This document shows positions 1-8,029 of a stretch of DNA of 19,581 nt, piece after piece. The stretch is from the UHGV virus genome UHGV-0096789. One strand, written 5' to 3'. Below the pieces are notes generated by a model. It did not search any database. It worked only from the letters and a program-made list of their open reading frames with translations, and was not told where the DNA came from. Within the stretch, counting starts at the first letter, position 1, and every line of letters starts with the position of its first letter. The position numbers and the translations under genes were made by a program. Source of the DNA: a virus.

Positions 1-40
1 AGGCGGTGAGTGCTTCGCGCAGACGGTTCATTTTCAGCAT
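1..40 (-). CDS. Start of tail completion protein R-like gene (partial, runs off the left edge)
   Basis: ATG at 40..38 preceded by AGGAG (rc of 44-48) 5 nt upstream; reads MLKMNRLREALTA... to the window edge; position matches P2 order (R follows lysC). Too short for the ORF track. Confidence 0.35.
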   Translation of the reverse strand, partial: MLKMNRLREALTA

Positions 41-49
41 GACTTCTCC

Positions 50-343
50 TTACGGTCGCATCCGGCGTTGTTGTCCGGTTGCTTTAATGGCTGCCTTGTC
101 GGCGTTGCAGCTCTCCAGCGCGTCCAGCAGCCGGTCACTCCAGACGGCCAGTCCGCCCCACGTCAGCGGTCGGGGCAGGGAGGGGACCGGCGTTGGCTGT
201 GTCAGGCTTTCCTGCAGCGGTGCGTGCTGCGTCTGAGTGACCACGACGGGGCGCGGCGCGCTGTTGCAGGCGGTCAGCAACAGCGGCAGGCACAGCAGCA
301 GCCGCGCACGGATTTTCCCGGAGTGCGTTGCGTATCTCTTCAC
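50..343 (-). CDS. lysC: o-spanin (Rz1-like outer-membrane lipoprotein), overlapping lysB in another frame
   Basis: In ORF 50..559; GTG at 343..341 preceded by GGAAGGAG; N-terminus KIRARLLLCLPLLLTAC has a lipobox (LLTAC) then a Pro-rich mature part; embedded-then-extending arrangement typical of Rz/Rz1 and P2 lysB/lysC. Confidence 0.6.
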   Translation of the reverse strand: MKRYATHSGKIRARLLLCLPLLLTACNSAPRPVVVTQTQHAPLQESLTQPTPVPSLPRPLTWGGLAVWSDRLLDALESCNADKAAIKATGQQRRMRP

Positions 344-581
344 GGCGTTTTTCTCCTTCCTGATTCCGGTGCTGCTCTGCGGCGCGGACCTGCGCCAGCA
401 GGCCGCTGATGCCCCGGAGTTCTGCATGAAGTGCATCCACGGCGGCATTCGTTCCCGCCAGCGCCTGTTCGTGATATTCACGACGTGCCCGTTCATGCCC
501 TGCCTGCCAGGCCAGACGCAGCGACACCAGATACAGCGCCCCTGAAAACAGGGCGACAACGGCGGCGGTGGTCAGTCTCAT
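135..581 (-). CDS. lysB: i-spanin (Rz-like inner-membrane spanin)
   Basis: ORF 135..608 with internal ATG at 581..579 forming an ATGA overlap with the endolysin stop (580..578); N-terminal TM segment (TAAVVALFSGALYLVSL) then charged helical periplasmic region; follows endolysin as in P2. Confidence 0.6.
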   Translation of the reverse strand: MRLTTAAVVALFSGALYLVSLRLAWQAGHERARREYHEQALAGTNAAVDALHAELRGISGLLAQVRAAEQHRNQEGEKRREEIRNALRENPCAAAAVPAAVADRLQQRAAPRRGHSDAARTAAGKPDTANAGPLPAPTADVGRTGRLE

Positions 582-1120
582 TTCTGTTTCTCCACATCCC
601 GCAGACACCAGGTGCGAAAATCGCTGCGGCGGTTAACCAGCCCCTGACTGCGCTTTCCGCCCGCATTTACAAAATCAGTGAGGCGACCACACATCAGCGC
701 CCAGTTATGCGCATGTGCCTGTTTCCAGATGGTGGTGCGCTGGCGCTTTCCGTTGCGGTCCTTAAACCACATCAGACCGGAGCACCCCAGATTGAAGGCC
801 GCATCCGTCATCGCCTCGAAGGCCGACTGCGGCATGGCTGCCCCCTGAAAATTCTGGTTAATACAGTTCTCCGCCCGCTGCATGTCATTCACCCAGCGGC
901 GGGCCACCTCCTGCTCGCTGTACAGGTGTTTCTGTACGTTCCCCGTGGAGCCGCAGCCCACGGTGGCAACACCCGCGATGTCCGTGTAGGGCGTGGCGCG
1001 GCAGTCTTCCCACGTGGCAATTTTTATCTGTGCCTCCTGTGAGGTGCGCAGTGCTTCTGGAGCCAGCGAGACACCCAGCGCCACAATCACGGCGGCGGCA
1101 TATCGCTTAATGTTTTTCAT
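578..1120 (-). CDS. K: Phage lysozyme-family endolysin (P2 gpK-like) with N-terminal hydrophobic signal-anchor (SAR-like)
   Basis: ORF 578..1204; start taken at ATG 1120..1118 (MKNIKRYAAAVIVALGVSLAPEA...) with GGGA upstream; lysozyme-like catalytic region (E...D...T spacing in ATWEDCRATPYTDIAGVATVGCG); sits between holin and spanins. Confidence 0.85.
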   Translation of the reverse strand: MKNIKRYAAAVIVALGVSLAPEALRTSQEAQIKIATWEDCRATPYTDIAGVATVGCGSTGNVQKHLYSEQEVARRWVNDMQRAENCINQNFQGAAMPQSAFEAMTDAAFNLGCSGLMWFKDRNGKRQRTTIWKQAHAHNWALMCGRLTDFVNAGGKRSQGLVNRRSDFRTWCLRDVEKQK

Positions 1121-1400
1121 CGTTATCCCGTTGCAGTGCGGCAAGTGCCCGTTGTTCACTTTCATGAAGTCCGCGCGTTCCGGCCTGTGCCAGAATCTGT
1201 GCAATCAGCGCATTGCGGCGGACCTGCGCACGCTCCATGCGGCGACGGTGAAGCCAGCCCTGAAAGAGTGAAAGCGCACCCAGCAGCAGCCCGGCCAGCG
1301 CGATTTTTTCGCTGATGGTCATCGCGCCAATCGTGACCGCAGAGACGGAGGCGGAGAAGGCGATGTGGTCGTAAATACTGCGAAAAAAACCTAATCCCAT
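1107..1400 (-). CDS. Y: Holin (two predicted TM helices, charged C-terminus)
   Basis: 97-aa ORF; hydrophobic segments HIAFSASVSAVTIGAMTI and IALAGLLLGALSLFQGWL followed by R/E-rich tail; immediately upstream of endolysin, overlapping both neighbours. Confidence 0.65.
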   Translation of the reverse strand: MGLGFFRSIYDHIAFSASVSAVTIGAMTISEKIALAGLLLGALSLFQGWLHRRRMERAQVRRNALIAQILAQAGTRGLHESEQRALAALQRDNDEKH

Positions 1401-1591
1401 AACTGCACCGTCTCCCGTGTTTTTTTCTCTTCCTGCTCAGGTAATTCCACTTCCTGTCCGGCTTCCAGAAAAATCTGTCCGCACAGCCCCGGATTGGCGG
1501 CCAGCACCTTTTCGGTCACGCCCTGCGTTGTGCCGTAGTGCCGGAAGCACAGCAGGTCAACGGTGTCGCCCTGTAATGCCTTCACCTTCAT
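1391..1591 (-). CDS. X: Tail protein X (LysM-like small tail protein)
   Basis: MKVKALQGDTVDLLCFRHYGTTQGVTEKVLAANPGL... closely resembles remembered P2 gpX; ATG 1591..1589 overlaps the L stop (ATGA). Confidence 0.8.
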   Translation of the reverse strand: MKVKALQGDTVDLLCFRHYGTTQGVTEKVLAANPGLCGQIFLEAGQEVELPEQEEKKTRETVQLWD

Positions 1592-2085
1592 CAGCACAGC
1601 CTCGCAAAGATGCGTGGTGCGCCCTGAATATCGGCAATGGCCCAGCGCACGTCGCGCCAGAGGTCGCCGGTCTGGGCTTCCAGTGCGTCCGCTTTCCGGT
1701 CGCCCTGTTCAGTGGTGTCCACATCGCGCACGCGCTCCAGTATCAGGGCGCGGGTGGCGGCATACACCGCAAGGCGGAAGCGGTGCACGTTGACACTTTC
1801 GCCGTTCACGAGAGAGGCCGGAACGTCCGCCAGCGTGCTGTATCCGTCATTCATCTGCTGCGCCTGCCAGTTGCGCAGCTCTCCGGTGACGTGTGCCACG
1901 GCTTCGGTTGCCGCGTGCATCAGACGCGACGTGGTGGTGCGACCGGGCAGGCGAACGGCAAGGCGCAGCGCCTGAAGTTCTGTCTCAGGCCAGAAGTCGT
2001 CCGTGGTGATGCGTGCATCACCGTCGTCCGTGTCCGCAACATCCTCCGTCGCGGCAGTGATACCGGGTTTTGCAATCATGCTCAT
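1591..2085 (-). CDS. L: Head completion/stabilisation protein (gpL-like)
   Basis: 164-aa ORF between M and X in P2 order; ATG 2085..2083 with GGAGG 6 nt upstream. Confidence 0.8.
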   Translation of the reverse strand: MSMIAKPGITAATEDVADTDDGDARITTDDFWPETELQALRLAVRLPGRTTTSRLMHAATEAVAHVTGELRNWQAQQMNDGYSTLADVPASLVNGESVNVHRFRLAVYAATRALILERVRDVDTTEQGDRKADALEAQTGDLWRDVRWAIADIQGAPRIFARLC

Positions 2086-2193
2086 GACGAGCCTCCGTAA
2101 AAAAAATCAGGCGGTGGGCGAACGGTCAGAAGGTCGCGGAGTTAAAAACCAGGTGACCGTCCGCGCCGCCTGTCGCCGGGGCGAAGTCGTTAT

Positions 2194-2226
2194 GCGTGAA
2201 AGCTGAATTTCACGCGGATTTTTTGC
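2194..2226 (+). terminator. Plus-strand intrinsic-terminator-like element (8-bp stem GCGTGAAA/TTTCACGC, 6-nt loop, then GGATTTTTT) antisense to the late operon
   Basis: Perfect inverted repeat 2194-2215 followed by a T-run 2219-2224; overlaps the 3' end of M on the opposite strand. Confidence 0.4.
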
Positions 2227-3022
2227 TTTTCCGTGTGGCAGTGGCTTTTGCGGCGCTCTTTTTGCCTGCCTTTTTCGTCACGGTTTTCGTGGTGGCGGTT
2301 TTCGCGGTGCTTTTGTTTTCCTCGTTGTTCTCCCCGCCATCACTGCTGGTCAGCTTTTTCACCGCGCGGGACAGCGTGGCAATCTCGCGCTTCACGCCCG
2401 CGTTCGGGTTCAGGTGCATCGCTTCGCGCAGCAGTTTCAGCGACAGGGTTGCACTGTCTGCATCTGTCAGAGCACGGCGGGAAAACGCGCGCGCCTTGCA
2501 GAGTTTGGCGCGGAGCTCGTCCGGCATGTCCCGGCCGGCGACAATTTCCTGTAGCGTGTCCAGCGGGGCGATGTATCCGGACAAATCCTCGTCCTGGTCA
2601 GTGCCTGCCAGCGTCAGCACCGGGTTACAGATTTCCTCTGTCAGCAGCGTGGCGGCATCGCGCCCGAAGCTGTCCGGTGTGCTGAGGTTATGACGCACCA
2701 CGTACTCACCGATACGCAGCGCCAGCGGCAAATCACCACAGTCAACGGCCCAGACCATGAGGGTGACAATCACCTCATCCTGGCGTCCGCTGTCGCTCTC
2801 CAGCGTGCCGTCAATCCAGCCGGAAAAATCCGGCAGCAGTGTCTTTTTCAGTTCCGCTTTCGCTGCCTTTGACTGAATGCCTTTCAGTCGTGCCTGTGCC
2901 AGTCGCAGGCGATGCAGGATTTGTTCGTGAGCCGTGCGCACTGTCTGTGACTGACTGTCATCGGTCAGTCCGGCGCGTTGTGCCATCGTGCGCTGAAAAT
3001 GCGCCTGTGCCGGTGTCAGCAT
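2210..3022 (-). CDS. M: Terminase endonuclease (small) subunit gpM-like, with Lys/Ala/Thr-rich C-terminal tail
   Basis: 270-aa ORF; GAGGAG RBS before ATG 3022; position between N and L; C-terminus ...KSTAKTATTKTVTKKAGKKSAAKATATRKSKKSA is low-complexity and basic. Confidence 0.85.
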   Translation of the reverse strand: MLTPAQAHFQRTMAQRAGLTDDSQSQTVRTAHEQILHRLRLAQARLKGIQSKAAKAELKKTLLPDFSGWIDGTLESDSGRQDEVIVTLMVWAVDCGDLPLALRIGEYVVRHNLSTPDSFGRDAATLLTEEICNPVLTLAGTDQDEDLSGYIAPLDTLQEIVAGRDMPDELRAKLCKARAFSRRALTDADSATLSLKLLREAMHLNPNAGVKREIATLSRAVKKLTSSDGGENNEENKSTAKTATTKTVTKKAGKKSAAKATATRKSKKSA

Positions 3023-3071
3023 TGTTCTCTCCTCTTACGGGCGGTCAGCGCCTGCCCGTGGCTCAGATAAA

Positions 3072-4133
3072 TCAGTCTTCGTGATTACTTTCATCAGCCA
3101 GTTTCAGCCCCGTGATAAGGGCGCACTTGCCGAAGTCTTCCACCACCCAGGCATCGCTGGAGGACTGATAGGTTGCGATGCGGTTGTAGTCCGGCTCTTC
3201 GCGCATCAGGCGACGCAATGCCCCCACCTGGTAGTAGACGGACAGGTTGTCGAACGAGGTGATGAGCAGTGCATCTGCCGGGAAGAACGGCGCGAGATAT
3301 ACCGGCAGACCACCAATCAGGCGGGAGGAGGTAATCAACTGACCGGCCATCAGTTCCGTGTTCGGCGCGGCGGCACTCATGGCGTTAATGAGCGGCAGGC
3401 GCAGCGTGTTGAACAGGTCGCGTCCCATCATCACCACAAGGTCGGATGAATCCTTGTACCACTCATCCAGCAGGGATGAGCGCGCATCCTGTACCAGCGC
3501 GTCCGGGTTGTTGTACTTGCCTTTGTAGGTGACGGCGTTGTCCATATCGCGTGCCGTAATGGTGACATCAGACATCACGCGCTGGGCTGCATTCTGGCGG
3601 ATGCTTTCCAGCCAGCCCACGGCGCAGTCCTGCAACAGCGGATTACTGCTGCGGTCGGACTTCACGGCGCGGGACGTGCCGTTGAAACCAATCATGATGC
3701 GGTCAAGGGCGATACGGCGGGCAATCTGCGCGCTGACCCGTGCCTGAAAATCCGGGTGTGCGGACCACGCGTCCAGTTGTGCGTAGCTGATGAACGTGTC
3801 GTAGTTAATTTGCTCGCAGGCATACTGGCGTGCCGTCAGCTCGTGGAGTGATGCCGGCTCGCGGCGCTCGCTTGTACTGGTGTTCACACTGGCGGACGGA
3901 CCGTTGATGCCGATCAGGACTTTTTCGCCTTTCTGGTCGGTCACACCGATGACGTTGATTTTTTGCAGCAGCTCGTCGCTCAGCTGAATGGCGTTTTCCA
4001 TGCGCTGCTGCACGGCGGGCTGAACGTTAAAACGCTGGGCAAGCGCAGCAGGAGAAACATTGTTCATGCCCGCCTGCTGCTGCATATACATCGCCAGGGC
4101 GCCACGGGTGGTGGATGAAAGAGTCAGGTTCAT
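3072..4133 (-). CDS. N: Major capsid protein (gpN-like)
   Basis: 353-aa ORF with strong similarity to remembered P2 gpN (e.g. GEKVLIGINGP, DRSSNPLLQDCAVGWL, PVYLAPFFPADALLITSFDNLSVYY); AAGGA RBS. Confidence 0.9.
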   Translation of the reverse strand: MNLTLSSTTRGALAMYMQQQAGMNNVSPAALAQRFNVQPAVQQRMENAIQLSDELLQKINVIGVTDQKGEKVLIGINGPSASVNTSTSERREPASLHELTARQYACEQINYDTFISYAQLDAWSAHPDFQARVSAQIARRIALDRIMIGFNGTSRAVKSDRSSNPLLQDCAVGWLESIRQNAAQRVMSDVTITARDMDNAVTYKGKYNNPDALVQDARSSLLDEWYKDSSDLVVMMGRDLFNTLRLPLINAMSAAAPNTELMAGQLITSSRLIGGLPVYLAPFFPADALLITSFDNLSVYYQVGALRRLMREEPDYNRIATYQSSSDAWVVEDFGKCALITGLKLADESNHED

Positions 4134-4150
4134 GGTTAATTCCTTAATCC

Positions 4151-5020
4151 TCAGAAATCACAGGACTGATAAACAACACTGCCGCCGGTTGTACCAGTGC
4201 GGGCGGGTGTGTCCGCGCCCGTTGCGGAGAAGCGCTGACGCGGGTCGCCGTCCTGTGCCTGCAACTGTGTACGCAGCGTGGTCAGTTCGCGGGTCAGGCG
4301 GGTGACTTGTGCGCGGTCTTCGTCGCGCTGGCGTTCCTGTGCGTTGAAACGGTCAAGCAGGTCAGCGTGCGCAGAGGCCACGCGCTCCACAACGTCACGC
4401 ATCTGCGCAAACTGTTCGCTGTCCGTTTTACGGCTGCCGCTGATGAGGTTCATGACACGCGCGAACCACTGAACGCCTTCGTCGTTCTGGCGCTGGTTCA
4501 GGGCAATGACGCCGGCCTCAATGGCATCGGTGAAAAACGGCGGCTCACACTGCTGATTGTTAAACGCCATCGCCTGCGTGCGCTGCTGTGCGGCAAACTG
4601 CAGACGCTCAGTGCCAAGACTTGCCGGGCTGTCGGTCATCGCCAGTCCCTGAACATACGGTCCGCCCGTGATGAATGACTGCGGGTAAAGCTCGATGCTG
4701 GCATAAATCTTTTTGCCGTCATCCAGCAGTTTCTTCATGCGTCCGGTGGGTTCAATTTCGGCATACAGCGCCGTGCGCCCCGCCAGCGGCCCGTCAGTGA
4801 TGTCCTCTGCGCTCAGTGCCACCACATCCCCCATCGCCGCGAAGGCGCTGTCCGGGTGCGGTGAAAGGATGTGCTCCACGTTCACACGTGCACCGTAGAC
4901 GGACGGGTCATAACTGGCGGCAGCAGCTTTCAGCATATCGCCACAGATTTCGCGCCCGTCTGAGGTCGTACCGGAAACGGCCACGCGGAATTTTTTTCGT
5001 TCAGGTTTCTTGTCTGCCAT
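4151..5020 (-). CDS. O: Capsid scaffolding protein (gpO-like)
   Basis: ORF 4151..5173; start taken at ATG 5020..5018 (MADKKPERKKFRVAVSGTTSDGREI...) with GAGGAGG RBS; matches P2 gpO N-terminus pattern and length (~290 aa). Confidence 0.9.
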   Translation of the reverse strand: MADKKPERKKFRVAVSGTTSDGREICGDMLKAAAASYDPSVYGARVNVEHILSPHPDSAFAAMGDVVALSAEDITDGPLAGRTALYAEIEPTGRMKKLLDDGKKIYASIELYPQSFITGGPYVQGLAMTDSPASLGTERLQFAAQQRTQAMAFNNQQCEPPFFTDAIEAGVIALNQRQNDEGVQWFARVMNLISGSRKTDSEQFAQMRDVVERVASAHADLLDRFNAQERQRDEDRAQVTRLTRELTTLRTQLQAQDGDPRQRFSATGADTPARTGTTGGSVVYQSCDF

Positions 5021-5077
5021 ACGGCCTCCTCGAATATCGTTGTGCTCATGATGACGCGCCCTGTGGCCCGTGCTCAA

Positions 5078-5095
5078 CGCGGTGGTGTTGTCGGA
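5078..5095. promoter_or_regulatory. TGT-N12-ACA dyad (Ogr/Delta-type late activator site) in the O/P divergent promoter region
   Basis: TGTcggagcgttgcgACA at 5078-5095, inside the extended inverted repeat TTGTCG...CGACAA; about 85 bp upstream of the P start codon, consistent with a -55-centred activator site. Confidence 0.45.
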
Positions 5096-5171
5096 GCGTT
5101 GCGACAAAGTGCGGTGTGAATACAGGCGGGACGTGCGCGTGTAGCCTGTATGGCAGGAGGTGACAGACGGC

Positions 5172-6914
5172 ATGATTCAGGACGCATTCATCAGGCTGCG
5201 GGCAAAACAGCTTTACTGGCAGGGGTACCCGCCCGCTGAAATATCGCGGCTGATGGGTATCAGTCAGAACACGATTTATTCGTGGAAAAAACGCGACGGA
5301 TGGGATGAGACGCCGCCCGTGGAGCGGGTCACGCAGTCGATTGATGCGCGGCTGGTTCAGCTGACCTCAAAAGCTGAAAAGAGCGGTGGTGATTTTAAGG
5401 AAATCGACCTGCTTACGCGCCAGCTCGCAAAACTGAATGACAGCAAGGGCGGCGCGGAAAAAAGCCCGCGAAAACGAAAGCTGAAAAACCATTTTTCCGA
5501 ATCGCAGGTTGCCGCACTACGTGAACACATCACCGCTCAGCTGGCAGAGCATCAGCGACGCTGGTATGAGGCGCTGGACGTCTGCCGCCGTGCCGGTGTT
5601 GATATTCGCATCATTGTGAAATCCCGACAGATAGGTGCGACCTGGTATTTTGCGCAGGAGGCACTGCTGCGTGCGCTGGATGAGAGCGTGAAATATCCGT
5701 ACCAGCGAAACCAGATTTTTTTGTCAGCCTCACGCCGTCAGGCCTTTCAGTTTAAAAGCGTGATTCAGAAGGCGGCACAGGCTGTGGACGTCGAGCTGAA
5801 AGGCGGTGACAAAATAGTGCTTTCTAACGGCGCGGAACTGCATTTTCTGGGGACATCCGCCGCGACTGCACAGTCATACACGGGCAATCTGTATTTTGAC
5901 GAATTTTTCTGGGTGTCGAACTTCATCACGCTGCGCAAGGTCGCAGGCGCGATGGCCACGCTGAATGGCCTGACGCAGACCTACTTTTCCACGCCGTCAT
6001 CGGAGATGCACGAGGCGTTTCAGTTCTGGAACGGCGCGCGGTGGAATGCAGGGCGACCACGCAGTGAGCGCCGGGAGATTGATGTGTCCCACTGCGCCCT
6101 GAAGAGTGGGGTGCTGTGTCCCGACAGTGCGTGGCGACAAATCGTGACGATTCAGGATGCTGTGGACCTGGGCTGGACGCTTACCAGTATCGACAAAATC
6201 CGCAACATGAACACGCAGGATGAGTTCCGCAATCTCTACATGTGCGAATTTGTCAGCGACGGCGAATCCGCTTTCGACCTTAATGCCCTGCTGGGCTGTG
6301 GCGTGGATGGCTATGACGAGTGGAATGACTGGAAGCCGTTTGCAGCCCGTCCGGTGGGTAATCGTCCGGTGTGGATTGGCTACGACGCTAACGGCAGCAG
6401 CGGTAACGGCGACAGCGGGGCGCTGTCTGTTGTTGTTCCGCCTGCTGTCAGGGGCGGCAAATTCCGCACGGTGGAGACGTTGCAGGTGCAGGGGCTGGAA
6501 TTTGAAGAGCAGGCCCGTGTGATTGAGCAGTTCACGCACAAATACAACGTCCAGCACATTGGTATCGACGTGACCGGCGGTAACGGTGAGGCAGTGTACC
6601 AGATAGTGCGGCGGTTCTGGCCTGCCGCCGTACCGTACACGTTCACGCTGGCATCCAAACGCGCGCTTGTGCTGAAGATGCTGCAGATTATTCGTGCGGG
6701 GCGCTGGGAGTATGACCGGGGCGAACGTGAGCTGGTCAGGGCATTCAACGCTGTGCGCAAGGCAAAAACGGCGGGCGGGGCAATAACGTATGAAACAGAC
6801 CGCACACGCGGCGTGAACCACGGCGACCTCGCGTGGGCAACCATGCTTGCCGTCATTAACGAGCCGCTGGGCGATGAGGATGGAGCAACAGGAATGCGGG
6901 TGATTGAGTTCTGA
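5172..6914 (+). CDS. P: Terminase ATPase (large) subunit (gpP-like)
   Basis: 584-aa ORF; first ATG at 5172 with GGAGG 11 nt upstream (ORF track starts at GTG 5160); divergent from O as in P2; stop overlaps the Q start (TGATG). Confidence 0.9.
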   Translation: MIQDAFIRLRAKQLYWQGYPPAEISRLMGISQNTIYSWKKRDGWDETPPVERVTQSIDARLVQLTSKAEKSGGDFKEIDLLTRQLAKLNDSKGGAEKSPRKRKLKNHFSESQVAALREHITAQLAEHQRRWYEALDVCRRAGVDIRIIVKSRQIGATWYFAQEALLRALDESVKYPYQRNQIFLSASRRQAFQFKSVIQKAAQAVDVELKGGDKIVLSNGAELHFLGTSAATAQSYTGNLYFDEFFWVSNFITLRKVAGAMATLNGLTQTYFSTPSSEMHEAFQFWNGARWNAGRPRSERREIDVSHCALKSGVLCPDSAWRQIVTIQDAVDLGWTLTSIDKIRNMNTQDEFRNLYMCEFVSDGESAFDLNALLGCGVDGYDEWNDWKPFAARPVGNRPVWIGYDANGSSGNGDSGALSVVVPPAVRGGKFRTVETLQVQGLEFEEQARVIEQFTHKYNVQHIGIDVTGGNGEAVYQIVRRFWPAAVPYTFTLASKRALVLKMLQIIRAGRWEYDRGERELVRAFNAVRKAKTAGGAITYETDRTRGVNHGDLAWATMLAVINEPLGDEDGATGMRVIEF

Positions 6915-7963
6915 TGAAAAAACAAAAACGAAAATATTCCCGCCGCGATGACGGCGTGGAGCTGGCAGAGGCACTGCGCCGCCAGCCGTCGTTAAGCGCC
7001 TTCTCGTTCGACGGCCCTTACGATGCGCACGCGCTCGACCTGCTGGATAACGCATACTGCCTGAGTAATGGCAGATACTATGAAACGCCTGTTAACTGGT
7101 ACGGACTGGCGCGGGCATCCCGGCAGACTTCGTGGCATCAGTCGGCGCTGTACTTTAAACGTAACGCACTACTGGGCTGCTTCATTCCGCACCAGCTGCT
7201 CTCCCGGCAGGCGTTCTCCGCCTTTGCGCTGGACTGGTTTGTCTTCGGGAATGCGTTTCTTGAACTGCGCACCAACAGGCTGGGCGGAAAACTGGAACTG
7301 CGGCACGCGCTGGCAAAATACGTCCGTCGTGGTGTTGAGCCGGATGTGTACTGGTTTGTGCAGACGGGCGAGCAGGACCACGAGTTTCGTCAGGGGCGCG
7401 TCTGTCATGTGCTGAACCCTGACATCAACCAGGAGATGTACGGAATGCCGGAATATCTCGGCGGCCTGCTGTCTGCCAGTCTGTCTCACTCGGCGGACCG
7501 CTTCCGCAAACTCTACTATGACAACGGTTCACACGCAGGCTGCATTATTTACGTGGGGGCGGCACAGGTTGACTGCGAAAGTATGCAGGCTCTCGAAAGA
7601 GCGTTGCAGGGCGCAAGAGGCGGTGGGGCATTCAAAAACCTGCTGCTCCAGGCACCGAACGGCGGGAAGGACGGTGTGCAAATCCTGCCGTTCCAGCAGA
7701 TCACCGCCCGGGATGAGTTCATCAACGTGAAGACAGCGTCGCGCGACGATGTGCTGGCGGCGCATCGCGTGCCGCCACAGTTAATGGGGGCGATGCCTTC
7801 CGGTACGGGTTCTTTTGGTGATGTGGAGAAGGCGGCCAGAGTGTTTGCGATCAACGAACTGATGCCGGTGATGGAGGCGATGAAGCACGTTAATGACTGG
7901 CTGGGCGAGGAGGTGATCCGCTTTAACCCTTACGCACTGCTGGATACCCCGCCCACATCCTGA
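6914..7963 (+). CDS. Q: Portal (capsid vertex) protein (gpQ-like)
   Basis: 349-aa ORF translationally coupled to P; size and position match P2 Q. Confidence 0.9.
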   Translation: MKKQKRKYSRRDDGVELAEALRRQPSLSAFSFDGPYDAHALDLLDNAYCLSNGRYYETPVNWYGLARASRQTSWHQSALYFKRNALLGCFIPHQLLSRQAFSAFALDWFVFGNAFLELRTNRLGGKLELRHALAKYVRRGVEPDVYWFVQTGEQDHEFRQGRVCHVLNPDINQEMYGMPEYLGGLLSASLSHSADRFRKLYYDNGSHAGCIIYVGAAQVDCESMQALERALQGARGGGAFKNLLLQAPNGGKDGVQILPFQQITARDEFINVKTASRDDVLAAHRVPPQLMGAMPSGTGSFGDVEKAARVFAINELMPVMEAMKHVNDWLGEEVIRFNPYALLDTPPTS

Positions 7964-7990
7964 CGCGCTCCGCTTGTCTGCTGCTTCGCC

Positions 7991-8021
7991 GGGGCATAAA
8001 AATTTATGCCCCGACTCACCA
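7991..8021. repeat. Perfect hairpin (GGGGCATAAA/TTTATGCCCC) plus CCCCGACTCACCA core; left copy of an imperfect direct repeat
   Basis: Inverted repeat 7991-8012 between the convergent stops of Q (7963) and orf175 (8030); 13-nt core CCCCGACTCACCA at 8009-8021 recurs exactly at 9540-9552. Confidence 0.6.
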
Positions 8022-8029
8022 GCTCCGGC

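Noticed and set aside
68-1042. Plus-strand ORFs 68..409, 237..545 and 431..1042 overlapping the lysis cassette
   Set aside because: Antisense to well-supported spanin and endolysin genes; Arg/Pro/Cys-rich translations typical of GC-rich off-frame artefacts; no RBS context.
578-1120. A separate lysA-type gene between K and lysB
   Set aside because: K and lysB overlap directly (ATGA), leaving no room; the lysis cassette here is Y-K-lysB/lysC only.
1417-2693. Plus-strand ORFs 1417..2100, 1637..1975, 2196..2693 and 2233..2685
   Set aside because: Antisense to X, L and M; low-complexity or Arg/Ser-rich products; no family resemblance.
5997-7055. Minus-strand 352-aa ORF (and 6380..6925) antisense to P and Q
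   Set aside because: Lies entirely within the strongly supported terminase and portal genes on the opposite strand; composition looks like a frame artefact.
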